From sequence record SRR31156797_5293: a DNA stretch of 33,356 nucleotides, one strand, 5' to 3'. Of the stretch, positions 17,800 to 26,343 are shown one piece after another. Position 1 is the stretch's first letter. Every line of letters begins with the position of its first letter. The translations under genes and the position numbers were made by a program. Below the pieces are notes generated by a model. It was given only the letters and a program-made list of their open reading frames with translations, was not told the DNA's origin and ran no database searches.

Positions 17800-20385
17800 C
17801 TAGTTTTTAGTTAATAAATAGGTTGCTACTCCATAAGCGTGGATGATATGATCCGCTTCAAGCGGTTCTTCTAAGGCATTGATTCGCTGATATTCGTACC
17901 CATTAAATAATCTTTTGGGCTCAAGAGGACGTTCTTTGTTCGTTGAATTGACGAAACGGACAACGATTCCCTCAGAGTAATACGCATTATGGAGCGCACT
18001 GACTCCCACACCTGGTTCTAAGCTGCAAGACAACAAAGAAAGAGACATGTCGGTCAGAGATAATGGATCAATGCGCTTTTGAATTTTATTGTCTATACGA
18101 TAAATAAAGTAATTCAAATCTTGCAATTGATAAGAAATCGATGGCTGTTCTTTAACAGTTTTCCAAGTAGCCAACAACTCTTCAGAAATAGCTGTTGATG
18201 CGACCCTTAGGGAAAAATCGAAGACCATCTCATAGTTTTCCATTTGAGCAAGAGGTGTTTCCATCATAATATGTCCCTTTTTGGTTGTATCGCCAGAAGC
18301 ACGACCTGGTCGATACAACAAATCTGGTTTTCCTAGAGAGTCGGTTGTAGCTAGTACCGTTACATATAAGGAGTCATCGATATATTCATACTCTTTGCTC
18401 TGCTCGCTATAAAAAACGAGGGCGTTCTCTTGATCATAAACAACCACTTGTTTTTCAAATGGTTCAATATTGACAGGTTTTTCTGCATATTTTTCTTGCC
18501 AATTTTCCAGTGTTTGATTTCTTTTTTCAAGATAGCCAAATTGAATGGCCGCAACCGCTCTTTCTATCGGCTTGTTTAATCGAGCTTTCACTCGAATCCG
18601 ATGATTTAAAAGCGTATTTTTAAAACGTAGCTTTGCGTTTACCTCACCATTTTTTGTCAGTTGGAGGGTCAATGTATAAGCGAATGTTTTGGTGGCGATT
18701 CCTTTCATCCGTTCTTCGATCGTATACGGTAGCTGTAAACTTCCTTCCAAAGCCAATGTTTCTTGCTTCCCTTTGCAGCTGGCAAAACGAAGCGTTATCG
18801 GTTGATCATTCAAAATAGGCGAATAGTCATACGTATCACCGGCATTACTATCATCGATGATCGACAAGAAATCCACGATCTGTTGTTTTCCATCTGAATA
18901 AATCAGATGGCCGTCTTCAAAGGAAAGCATGTATTTTCCATTTCTAATCCATGTGTTTTGATCTAAAGACGAATCGGGAGTTGTCTCTTGCTCTTCAAAT
19001 GTAAGGACTTGATAACCAAGGCCTGAAAAGGCACAGGTCACTTGAACGGTTAACAGATAATACCCCTCTTCTTCAATAAAACGGTTGCCAGCCGGAGTTT
19101 CTTCCATAATATTTTTCCTGCTTGGGATATACACTGCTTCAAGTACAGATGAATCAGCTCCAATAACCTTGATATTGTTGGTTCTGGATACGATCTTAAC
19201 TAATTTCTCTCCTTGAAATGGCACTGGTGTTGGATGAAGAATCAGAAATTGGTTGGCTTGTAAAGCGAGTCCTTCACTGATTCTTTTTAAAATCAAATTT
19301 TCAATGCTCTCACAAATCTCACTGATTTCTTTTACCCGATGACTGATATCTTGTGCAACACTATCTGATACACAGCCTGCCAAACTATCATGGGCTTGAC
19401 ATTCAAATAACTTTTTCCATGCTTTCATTAGCAAGCGATTGCTTAATTCGATCCCTAAATCTTTCGCAATAACTAACATTGGTTCAATTTCTAAAACTAA
19501 TTTGTTTTCTAATCGAAAAATCTCACGTTTCAGATCCATTCGTACAGAACCAATCGTTTTGTGAACCCGTGCAAAAACCGGTGCACGAAACTCTCCTTGA
19601 TAAACTTCCAGTTCTTTTTGACGGACGATCTCCATAAATGCTGGATAGGTGCTCAATTGATACTTGTATTTTCCAAGCTGATTGATTTTCGTTAGTTTTT
19701 CTTCTATGGCAGAAACAATGCCTAACTGATCATTTCCAGTTGGAATCAAGATTTCAGGTTCATTCGCGTAGCTCTTAATAAAATCAACACCTCTATCGAG
19801 TCTGCCATCTACATAACTGCTCGTTGGCTCCAATTGCTGCTGTGCACCATATCCTTGAGGAAAATTCACCGCATACAGTGAACCTCGCCCACTTAAACTC
19901 GTCCATTTAAAGTAAGGGGATTTGACCTGTCCCCCTAAATCGATGCCTCGCCAAAAGATAATGTTATCAAGTCCAACTTCGTTCAATATGGTTGGCATTT
20001 GAGCATTAAAACCAAATGTATCTGGCAAATAGCCGATCGGCATATAGCTGCCATATTTTTTGCTATCAAATATACCAATCATGGCATTTCGAATGATGGA
20101 CTCACCAGAAGCGAAAAAGGCATCTGTTTGGGTGTACCAAGGACCGATGAACAATTGACCATTGGCGATCAACTCTTTGACCTCAGTCAAGCGCTCAGGA
20201 TAGAGTTCTAAGTAATCGTCCAGAATAGACAGTTGTCCATCTAGCACGAAAGAAGCAGTCGGTTGCCTCTTTAGTTCTTTTAGTACATCACTAAATAATT
20301 GGTCACTCAAAACGACACAGTCCATCGAAGTAAAATACCATTCACGATCCCAATGGGTGTGGTTTACTATGTGTACATTTGTCAT
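17800..20385 (-). CDS. GH38 alpha-mannosidase, MngB (mannosylglycerate hydrolase)-like, cytoplasmic
   Basis: HTHWDREWY (Zn ligands), FVLDGQ, GPWYTQTD, YLPDTFG (nucleophile Asp), HDSLAGC. Confidence 0.9.
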   Translation of the reverse strand: MTNVHIVNHTHWDREWYFTSMDCVVLSDQLFSDVLKELKRQPTASFVLDGQLSILDDYLELYPERLTEVKELIANGQLFIGPWYTQTDAFFASGESIIRNAMIGIFDSKKYGSYMPIGYLPDTFGFNAQMPTILNEVGLDNIIFWRGIDLGGQVKSPYFKWTSLSGRGSLYAVNFPQGYGAQQQLEPTSSYVDGRLDRGVDFIKSYANEPEILIPTGNDQLGIVSAIEEKLTKINQLGKYKYQLSTYPAFMEIVRQKELEVYQGEFRAPVFARVHKTIGSVRMDLKREIFRLENKLVLEIEPMLVIAKDLGIELSNRLLMKAWKKLFECQAHDSLAGCVSDSVAQDISHRVKEISEICESIENLILKRISEGLALQANQFLILHPTPVPFQGEKLVKIVSRTNNIKVIGADSSVLEAVYIPSRKNIMEETPAGNRFIEEEGYYLLTVQVTCAFSGLGYQVLTFEEQETTPDSSLDQNTWIRNGKYMLSFEDGHLIYSDGKQQIVDFLSIIDDSNAGDTYDYSPILNDQPITLRFASCKGKQETLALEGSLQLPYTIEERMKGIATKTFAYTLTLQLTKNGEVNAKLRFKNTLLNHRIRVKARLNKPIERAVAAIQFGYLEKRNQTLENWQEKYAEKPVNIEPFEKQVVVYDQENALVFYSEQSKEYEYIDDSLYVTVLATTDSLGKPDLLYRPGRASGDTTKKGHIMMETPLAQMENYEMVFDFSLRVASTAISEELLATWKTVKEQPSISYQLQDLNYFIYRIDNKIQKRIDPLSLTDMSLSLLSCSLEPGVGVSALHNAYYSEGIVVRFVNSTNKERPLEPKRLFNGYEYQRINALEEPLEADHIIHAYGVATYLLTKN

Positions 20386-20387
20386 AG

Positions 20388-21497
20388 CTATGCTTCCCAC
20401 TGCTCTTCCCAAGCCGCTTCGTCAAACTCTTCCATCGTGGCATCTGTTTCTTTCCCCGCATCTTTTGAACGTAGGAAGCTTGTACAAATCGCAATGAATA
20501 ATGAGCCAGTAGCAATCGATAAAACATACAGTGGCCATTTTTCTACGGTGAACCAACCATAAAAACCAGAGATTGGCGCTGTATTGACCGCTCCTAGACC
20601 TACAGCCATTGCAGAACCAATCGCTGAACCAATCATATTCACTGGGATCACTTTTAGTGGATTTTCCACCGCAAATGGGATCGCTCCTTCTGAAATACCT
20701 ACTAGTCCCATAATGATCGACGATTTTCCTGCTTCTTTTAGTTCGTTATTGTATTTATTCTTTGCAAAAACAGTCGCTAATCCTAAACCAATTGGCGGAA
20801 TGATAATCGCCACTTGTGCTGCAGTGTTTGGTGCATAAACGTTACTTGTCAATAAAGCCATCGCGGTTGTCACAGCTGCCTTATTTACTGGCCCTCCAAG
20901 ATCAAATCCAACCATTGCCCCTACAACTGCCGCCATCACGACCGCATTTCCGCCACTCAATCCGTTCAACCATGACTCTAAGCCCACATTGATAGCTGCA
21001 AATGGTGTACCGATCACATAGTTCACAAGTAGGACAGTGACTAAAGTACCTAAAACAGGAACTAAGAACACTGGAACTACCGATGCCATCGATTTTGGCA
21101 GTTTGATATGGTTTTTGATCCACAAGCAGATGTACCCAGCGATCAACCCTGAAACAATTGCGCCTAAGAAGCCTGCGTTAATGTCTTTTACTAACATACC
21201 TCCAACAAGACCAGGGGCAATCCCTAGCTTATCGGAAATCGAATAAGCAATAAATGCCGATATTACGGGAAACATCAGTCCTAACGCAATGCCACCGAAT
21301 CCATCTAAACTATGGAGTAATCGGATAATCGTATTCGCACTTTCTCCATGAGAGGCGTCCCAAATATCAACAATCCCAAATATTGATCCACCTACTCGAG
21401 AAATCGCCATGATAACTGCTCCGGCAATCACTAGAGGAATCATATAAGATATTCCTGTTAAAACATGATTTTTCATTTCACTTGCCAACTTTTTCAT
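20388..21497 (-). CDS. PTS fructose-family EIIC (MngA-like)
   Basis: HVLTGISYMIP, GIAPG, FDLGGPVNKAA, ISEGAIPFA. Start 21497 follows GAGGAGG. Confidence 0.92.
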   Translation of the reverse strand: MKKLASEMKNHVLTGISYMIPLVIAGAVIMAISRVGGSIFGIVDIWDASHGESANTIIRLLHSLDGFGGIALGLMFPVISAFIAYSISDKLGIAPGLVGGMLVKDINAGFLGAIVSGLIAGYICLWIKNHIKLPKSMASVVPVFLVPVLGTLVTVLLVNYVIGTPFAAINVGLESWLNGLSGGNAVVMAAVVGAMVGFDLGGPVNKAAVTTAMALLTSNVYAPNTAAQVAIIIPPIGLGLATVFAKNKYNNELKEAGKSSIIMGLVGISEGAIPFAVENPLKVIPVNMIGSAIGSAMAVGLGAVNTAPISGFYGWFTVEKWPLYVLSIATGSLFIAICTSFLRSKDAGKETDATMEEFDEAAWEEQWEA

Positions 21498-21513
21498 CTG
21501 ATTTTCCTCCTCT

Positions 21514-21831
21514 TTATTGATCAATCAGCTTTAATGCATCTTCAATTACTTTTTCTGCGTTTTTTATAGGGGCTGCTACCGGGACTTTGAGAATCATTTT
21601 GCCATTGAAACGCTCCTCATTTCTCACTTTCGTATCAACGGCAAAAATCACGACTTCCCCAATTTGACAATCCCGCTCGTTCAATTCATTTTCGATACCT
21701 GTTGCTCCTTGTGTCTCAACCTTGATTAAATCGCCACGTTTCGCTGCTGCTTTTTTTAGCGCCTGTGCCGCCATAAAGGTATGAGCAACTCCTGTGGCAC
21801 ACGCCGTTACTGCAATAATTTTTCTCTTCAT
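21514..21831 (-). CDS. PTS fructose-family EIIB
   Basis: TACATGVAHTFMAA and KVETQG. Confidence 0.94.
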   Translation of the reverse strand: MKRKIIAVTACATGVAHTFMAAQALKKAAAKRGDLIKVETQGATGIENELNERDCQIGEVVIFAVDTKVRNEERFNGKMILKVPVAAPIKNAEKVIEDALKLIDQ

Positions 21832-21854
21832 TCGTCTTTCCCCTTTTCTCCATT

Positions 21855-22304
21855 TTATTCGCTTAATAATTTCGCGATAATCTCTTTATCTGTTTCGCTT
21901 TTCAGCGCTTCTGTGATGTCTTCATCCATCAATTTCATGGCAATTTCTGATAAAATCCGTAAATGGGTGTCTCCTTGATGTTCTTCAGGAATAGCAAGCA
22001 TAATCACAACCGTTACCGGTTCATCATCTAAAGATTGCCATTCTAATGGTGCCTTTAACCGAGCAAAAACGATTGCGGGTTCAGAAACTGCACGACTTTT
22101 TCCATGAGGGATAGCTATATTATTGCCTATTCCTGTGGTCGAGTGATCTTCTCTTTCCATGACTGATTGAACATACTCATTTTCGGATTGAACGATTCCT
22201 TCAATTACTAATATTTTTGCTAATTGACGGACCACTTCTTCTTTAGTGGTTGCCTCTAGACCAAGAACAATATGTTCAAAAGGTAGTAGTGTTTCTATAT
22301 TCAT
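21855..22304 (-). CDS. PTS fructose-family EIIA
   Basis: RE..STTGIGNNIAIPHGKS and HLRILS. Confidence 0.94.
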   Translation of the reverse strand: MNIETLLPFEHIVLGLEATTKEEVVRQLAKILVIEGIVQSENEYVQSVMEREDHSTTGIGNNIAIPHGKSRAVSEPAIVFARLKAPLEWQSLDDEPVTVVIMLAIPEEHQGDTHLRILSEIAMKLMDEDITEALKSETDKEIIAKLLSE

Positions 22305-22305
22305 T

Positions 22306-24210
22306 TTATGTTCCCCCTTGTAAATACTTTTTTAATTCATCTTTCGTCCCTTTAAGGAGGAAGGTTCGTTCATCTGATTCCATCACATTAAGCATCGTGT
22401 CATAGATTTCCTCAAGGTCTTGTACAGTTTCATCCTTGATACAGATGAAAAAGACATATTTCACCTTTGTTTCTCCCCAGTGGATCTCATTATTAAGACG
22501 TAAAAATACAATCGCTGATTTTTTCACGTATTCTGGCGTCCCATGAGGCGTTGCGAATCGTCCAAAAGAAGTAAAGGAAAGCTGTTCCCTTTTTAGGGAA
22601 GAATCAATCATTTCCTCGATCACATACCCACGAGTAACCAACTGCTCTCCAATAAATGTAATCACCTCTTGATAATTTTCAAAATGATGATCTAAAAAAA
22701 TCAAGTCCTCGTGAATCAGTTTCGCAAACTGACTGAAAGAACCATTTTGCTTTTCTTCGACATTTTTTAAAAAGGTTTCTATTTTTCGCTGCTCATCTTT
22801 ATTCAGTACAGGTGAAACATTGATTGTTGGAATCGAATCGATTTTTAAATCCACTGTCGATAAAATCAAGTCCTCATAAATATTGGTCTGAATCAACTCT
22901 TGAATAGAAAGAATTCTGGAAATATCGATTTGCTCATAATTTCTCCGAATGCGAGCAGCTAATAGTTGTGAAGTGCCTTTCCCACTGCTACAAACTAATA
23001 AGACACTCACTTTCTGCGGTTGTTTTTCTTCTCGCTGTTCTTTCATCACTTGGATGTGTACGGCCAGAAAAGCAACCTCATCTTCGGGGATCGAAATCGA
23101 AAACTGCCAATTTAAGGCATGAGCTAATCGAAGCGCTTCCTCAAAAGACAAAGGGAAATTCTTCTTCACATCATTTAGAAACGGGTTATGAATGACTAAT
23201 CCTTTTTGAATGCGATAAATAGCTTCTTTGATATGTGATACCAATCCTAACAAAAGACTTTCATTGCGTAGGGAGATCGTCTCATGAATCAATTTTCGTA
23301 TCGTTTCATCAAGCAAATCATCGGAGTCATTCTTCTTCATCAACGAATCCCCATAGATATGAAGCGAAATATAATGAACTTCCGAAACTGGCAACGACAG
23401 AGAAAACGTTTCTTCTATTGATGCGATAAATCGATAAAAAGCTCTATTCTCCATCAAAGGATGGCTTCTTTCTTCGAAAGTCAGATAATTCTTCTCTTTG
23501 ACCCGATCAATCATGATGATTAGATGAAGCAATAGTGAGTGATAGGCAGCATCATTAAGCGTAATTTGTTCTTTTTTCAAATACTCTTGTAAGAGCGTAT
23601 CAACTAAAGAAATTTTTGTCAGGTCAATAAAATCATTAACAAACTGAGGAATTCCTTGAATCGAATGCAAATAGCGTTGCTGCTCTTGTGTTATTTTCCA
23701 ATTTCCACCCCAGAAATAGTAGATCAAATCAAATGCTAAACGACGTTTTTCTTGTTCTGACAAATTCAAAAAGGAACCCTTCCCCGGTAAAACTTCAATC
23801 GTAACGTTAAAATGACGAAAGATCTCGCTTACCTGCCCCATGTCATTTTCTAAAGTTGATTTACTGATGTAGAGTGCATCTTGCAGTTGTTGACGCGTAA
23901 AATACGTTTTTTGTTTCAGTATTTCAAAGCAAAGAAACTGAATACGATCTTTTTTGCTCGTCGGTAAGTTTGATTCCTCGTTCCCATCAAGATACTTTAG
24001 AATTTCAGCTGAATCGCCATCAAGAAATACACCTACTCTAGGTTTGCGAACAAGCCTTATTGCTGTTTCCTGCAAAAATTCATCAATTCTCTTTAGCGAT
24101 TGCGAAACTGTCTTTTGCGAAAGCGACATATGCAACCCAATTTTAGCAACCGTTGTTGGTCCATTCTCTAAGAGATATCGAATAATTGCTTTTTCCCGTT
24201 CACTGATCAT
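22306..24210 (-). CDS. BglG/LicR/ManR-type PRD regulator (HTH-Mga-PRD-PRD-EIIB-EIIA)
   Basis: HTH, four PRD His (LLLHL, ISLHI, LVSHI, LAVHI), EIIB VCSSGKGTS and EIIA FATPHG. Confidence 0.92.
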   Translation of the reverse strand: MISEREKAIIRYLLENGPTTVAKIGLHMSLSQKTVSQSLKRIDEFLQETAIRLVRKPRVGVFLDGDSAEILKYLDGNEESNLPTSKKDRIQFLCFEILKQKTYFTRQQLQDALYISKSTLENDMGQVSEIFRHFNVTIEVLPGKGSFLNLSEQEKRRLAFDLIYYFWGGNWKITQEQQRYLHSIQGIPQFVNDFIDLTKISLVDTLLQEYLKKEQITLNDAAYHSLLLHLIIMIDRVKEKNYLTFEERSHPLMENRAFYRFIASIEETFSLSLPVSEVHYISLHIYGDSLMKKNDSDDLLDETIRKLIHETISLRNESLLLGLVSHIKEAIYRIQKGLVIHNPFLNDVKKNFPLSFEEALRLAHALNWQFSISIPEDEVAFLAVHIQVMKEQREEKQPQKVSVLLVCSSGKGTSQLLAARIRRNYEQIDISRILSIQELIQTNIYEDLILSTVDLKIDSIPTINVSPVLNKDEQRKIETFLKNVEEKQNGSFSQFAKLIHEDLIFLDHHFENYQEVITFIGEQLVTRGYVIEEMIDSSLKREQLSFTSFGRFATPHGTPEYVKKSAIVFLRLNNEIHWGETKVKYVFFICIKDETVQDLEEIYDTMLNVMESDERTFLLKGTKDELKKYLQGGT

Positions 24211-24237
24211 GAAACTTTCACCTCGTCTACATTTCTA

Positions 24238-24297
24238 ATGGTAGCTTTTTCTCAAAAAAATGAAAACACTTACTTTTACTGCATTGATTACAGTAAA
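24238..24297 (-). promoter_or_regulatory. Putative promoter of the GH38-PTS operon with cre-like site and inverted repeat
   Basis: Minus: TTTTCA(24261-66)-17-TACCAT(24238-43). cre-like TGAAAACACTTACT at 24261-74. TTTACTG-N9-CAGTAAA at 24275-97. Confidence 0.45.
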
Positions 24298-24418
24298 TCA
24301 TAGGCACTGAAAATATTGCGCCGTTTTTTTATTCATGTGTACCCTTTCGTTTAATCCAGATTATTTACATATCTTTTGGTATTTTCATAGTATAGAGGAT
24401 ATTACTCAGTGGGAACAG

Positions 24419-24466
24419 AAAAAAAATACCAATGAACAAACGATACGTCTGTTTCATTGGTATTTT
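24419..24466 (-). terminator. Intrinsic terminator of the glycan-synthesis operon
   Basis: AAAATACCAATGAA...TTCATTGGTATTTT arms with inner pairing and a T8 tail on the minus strand. Confidence 0.82.
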
Positions 24467-24513
24467 AACTTTTGATTCTCTAATAACGAGACACGCTTGA
24501 GCAATTCCTTCCC

Positions 24514-26343
24514 TTAACGCCCCAAAATCTCCGCCACCGAATATACGCCTGGGGCAAAGGTCTTGCCTGTTAGCTTCTTCGTCATGGCATTAAAGGTATA
24601 GTGCTCTTCTAAGACGACGACTTCATCGTATTGTTTTAGTAGCGTTCGAAAATCTGCATCTGATAAGAGGAAATTCTCTCGGCCATCGACATTGGGTGAA
24701 AACAAGTAATATTTGCCGACATAGCCAACTAAGTAGCTATCTACTGCTTCTTTGTTAGTACTGACCACCAAATATTTTTTCTCGTTTAGGTCAAAGTGAT
24801 CGCCAGTAACGGCTGAAACTTGTGCTGGAATCGAAGCAGCATATTCACGATTGGTATAACGCATGCCATTATTTTCTGAAAGGATCAGCAATGTCGCAAA
24901 AAATAACAGAATCAAGGTGCTGTACTGATAGATTTTTTTCGTGGTCAAGCTGGCAAAACTACGGTAGTTTCGCCGGTCGATTGCTTGTTCATGATACAAA
25001 TGATCAATGCCTCGGACCATGAAAAAGGTCATTAAGCCAAGTGCTAAAATCACGATGCTTGAGGCATAGCGATCGAACCCTGCCAAAGACAGTGCTTCAT
25101 CAGTGGGCATCGAGAACAAGAACATGGCATAGATTCCTAAATAATATCCCACAATGATACCATCGATCAACAGCAGTTCTTTTAAAAATGGATTGCGTTT
25201 TTTCATGATAAATCGGACAAATAGCCAACTGCCCAACAGGATGACCTGGATCAAGAGAATCCCTTGCGTGGAGATCGTCGCAATATCCGTGATGGTTTTG
25301 ACAAAAACATCCGTAATCTGCTGCAGTATCTGCGAATCCTTTTCACCAAAAATCTGTTTATAAGCGGTCACGCTGACTTCATGCTTCGATTTTGGAAAAT
25401 TCGCTTTGACATGCAAGTTCCAAAGAATCGCCGGCAGGACAGATAGCCCAATGGTAGCTAACCCTACAATCATCAATCCTAGTCGTTGTCGCCAACGAAT
25501 CGAAGCTTGCCATAAGCAGACTAGTAAATAGCCGCCTAAAATCAGCAGAAAAAAGACGGCGCTATTTTTGACCAAATCAAGAGAGGCACCAATCAAAAGA
25601 AAGTAGCTGATTGAAGGCAGCACTTTGCCTTTTAAGGAAAATAACCCGGCGATGCCTGCCAAAGTTAAAACGGGAAGAATGAAGTCTACCAGCAAATTAT
25701 TCATTCGAATCGCAATATTAAAATAATTGAATACGGCCATGCTGGTGAAGACCAAGACAAAAGCCAGCTTTCTTTTCGGATCACGAATAATCGCAAAAAA
25801 ACTATACAGACTACAGAAAATCAAAATCAATTGACCAATCAGCAAGACATTCTCATGATAGCCAACGATGATCGCTGTATAAGTAACAAATAGCGAGCTG
25901 CCTAAAGGATAGGAAGTAAAACTGATGATGGCATCGGCTGCCGTTGGCAATTGTCCCTGCGTATAAAGGAATTTAACGATCGTCGCCCAATGGGAGAAGT
26001 TGTCATAGTGGGTCAAATGACTGTGAAGCAATGTTAAAACGAACAAAGCAAAATAGCCGTAAAACCACAGCATGATGGGCTCTTGCAAGCCCCAATGCAC
26101 CTGATAGCGCTCCTGCCAAAAACGCCAAACGCATAATAGTAAGCCAAGACCAAATAAAACCCAGGCCCCCCAGATCAACCATCCTTTGGGACCATATGCG
26201 ACAAAGGAAAGAACGAGGATCGGCAAACAGCAAGCAGCGATCCAGCTGATGTGTTTAGGAAAATGGCAAACTCGTACAAAAAGATAGGCATAGCCAGCTA
26301 ATGATAAACCAAATAGACTAAATCGCAGCAGGATCTCGATCAT
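24514..26343 (-). CDS. Polytopic membrane protein, putative GT-C-fold glycosyltransferase
   Basis: 609 aa with more than 10 hydrophobic segments, a loop HYDNFSHWATIVK...SYPLG and a C-terminal soluble domain. Overlaps the synthase 3' end and has a GGAGG RBS. The ORF is solid; the function is inferred. Confidence 0.6.
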   Translation of the reverse strand: MIEILLRFSLFGLSLAGYAYLFVRVCHFPKHISWIAACCLPILVLSFVAYGPKGWLIWGAWVLFGLGLLLCVWRFWQERYQVHWGLQEPIMLWFYGYFALFVLTLLHSHLTHYDNFSHWATIVKFLYTQGQLPTAADAIISFTSYPLGSSLFVTYTAIIVGYHENVLLIGQLILIFCSLYSFFAIIRDPKRKLAFVLVFTSMAVFNYFNIAIRMNNLLVDFILPVLTLAGIAGLFSLKGKVLPSISYFLLIGASLDLVKNSAVFFLLILGGYLLVCLWQASIRWRQRLGLMIVGLATIGLSVLPAILWNLHVKANFPKSKHEVSVTAYKQIFGEKDSQILQQITDVFVKTITDIATISTQGILLIQVILLGSWLFVRFIMKKRNPFLKELLLIDGIIVGYYLGIYAMFLFSMPTDEALSLAGFDRYASSIVILALGLMTFFMVRGIDHLYHEQAIDRRNYRSFASLTTKKIYQYSTLILLFFATLLILSENNGMRYTNREYAASIPAQVSAVTGDHFDLNEKKYLVVSTNKEAVDSYLVGYVGKYYLFSPNVDGRENFLLSDADFRTLLKQYDEVVVLEEHYTFNAMTKKLTGKTFAPGVYSVAEILGR

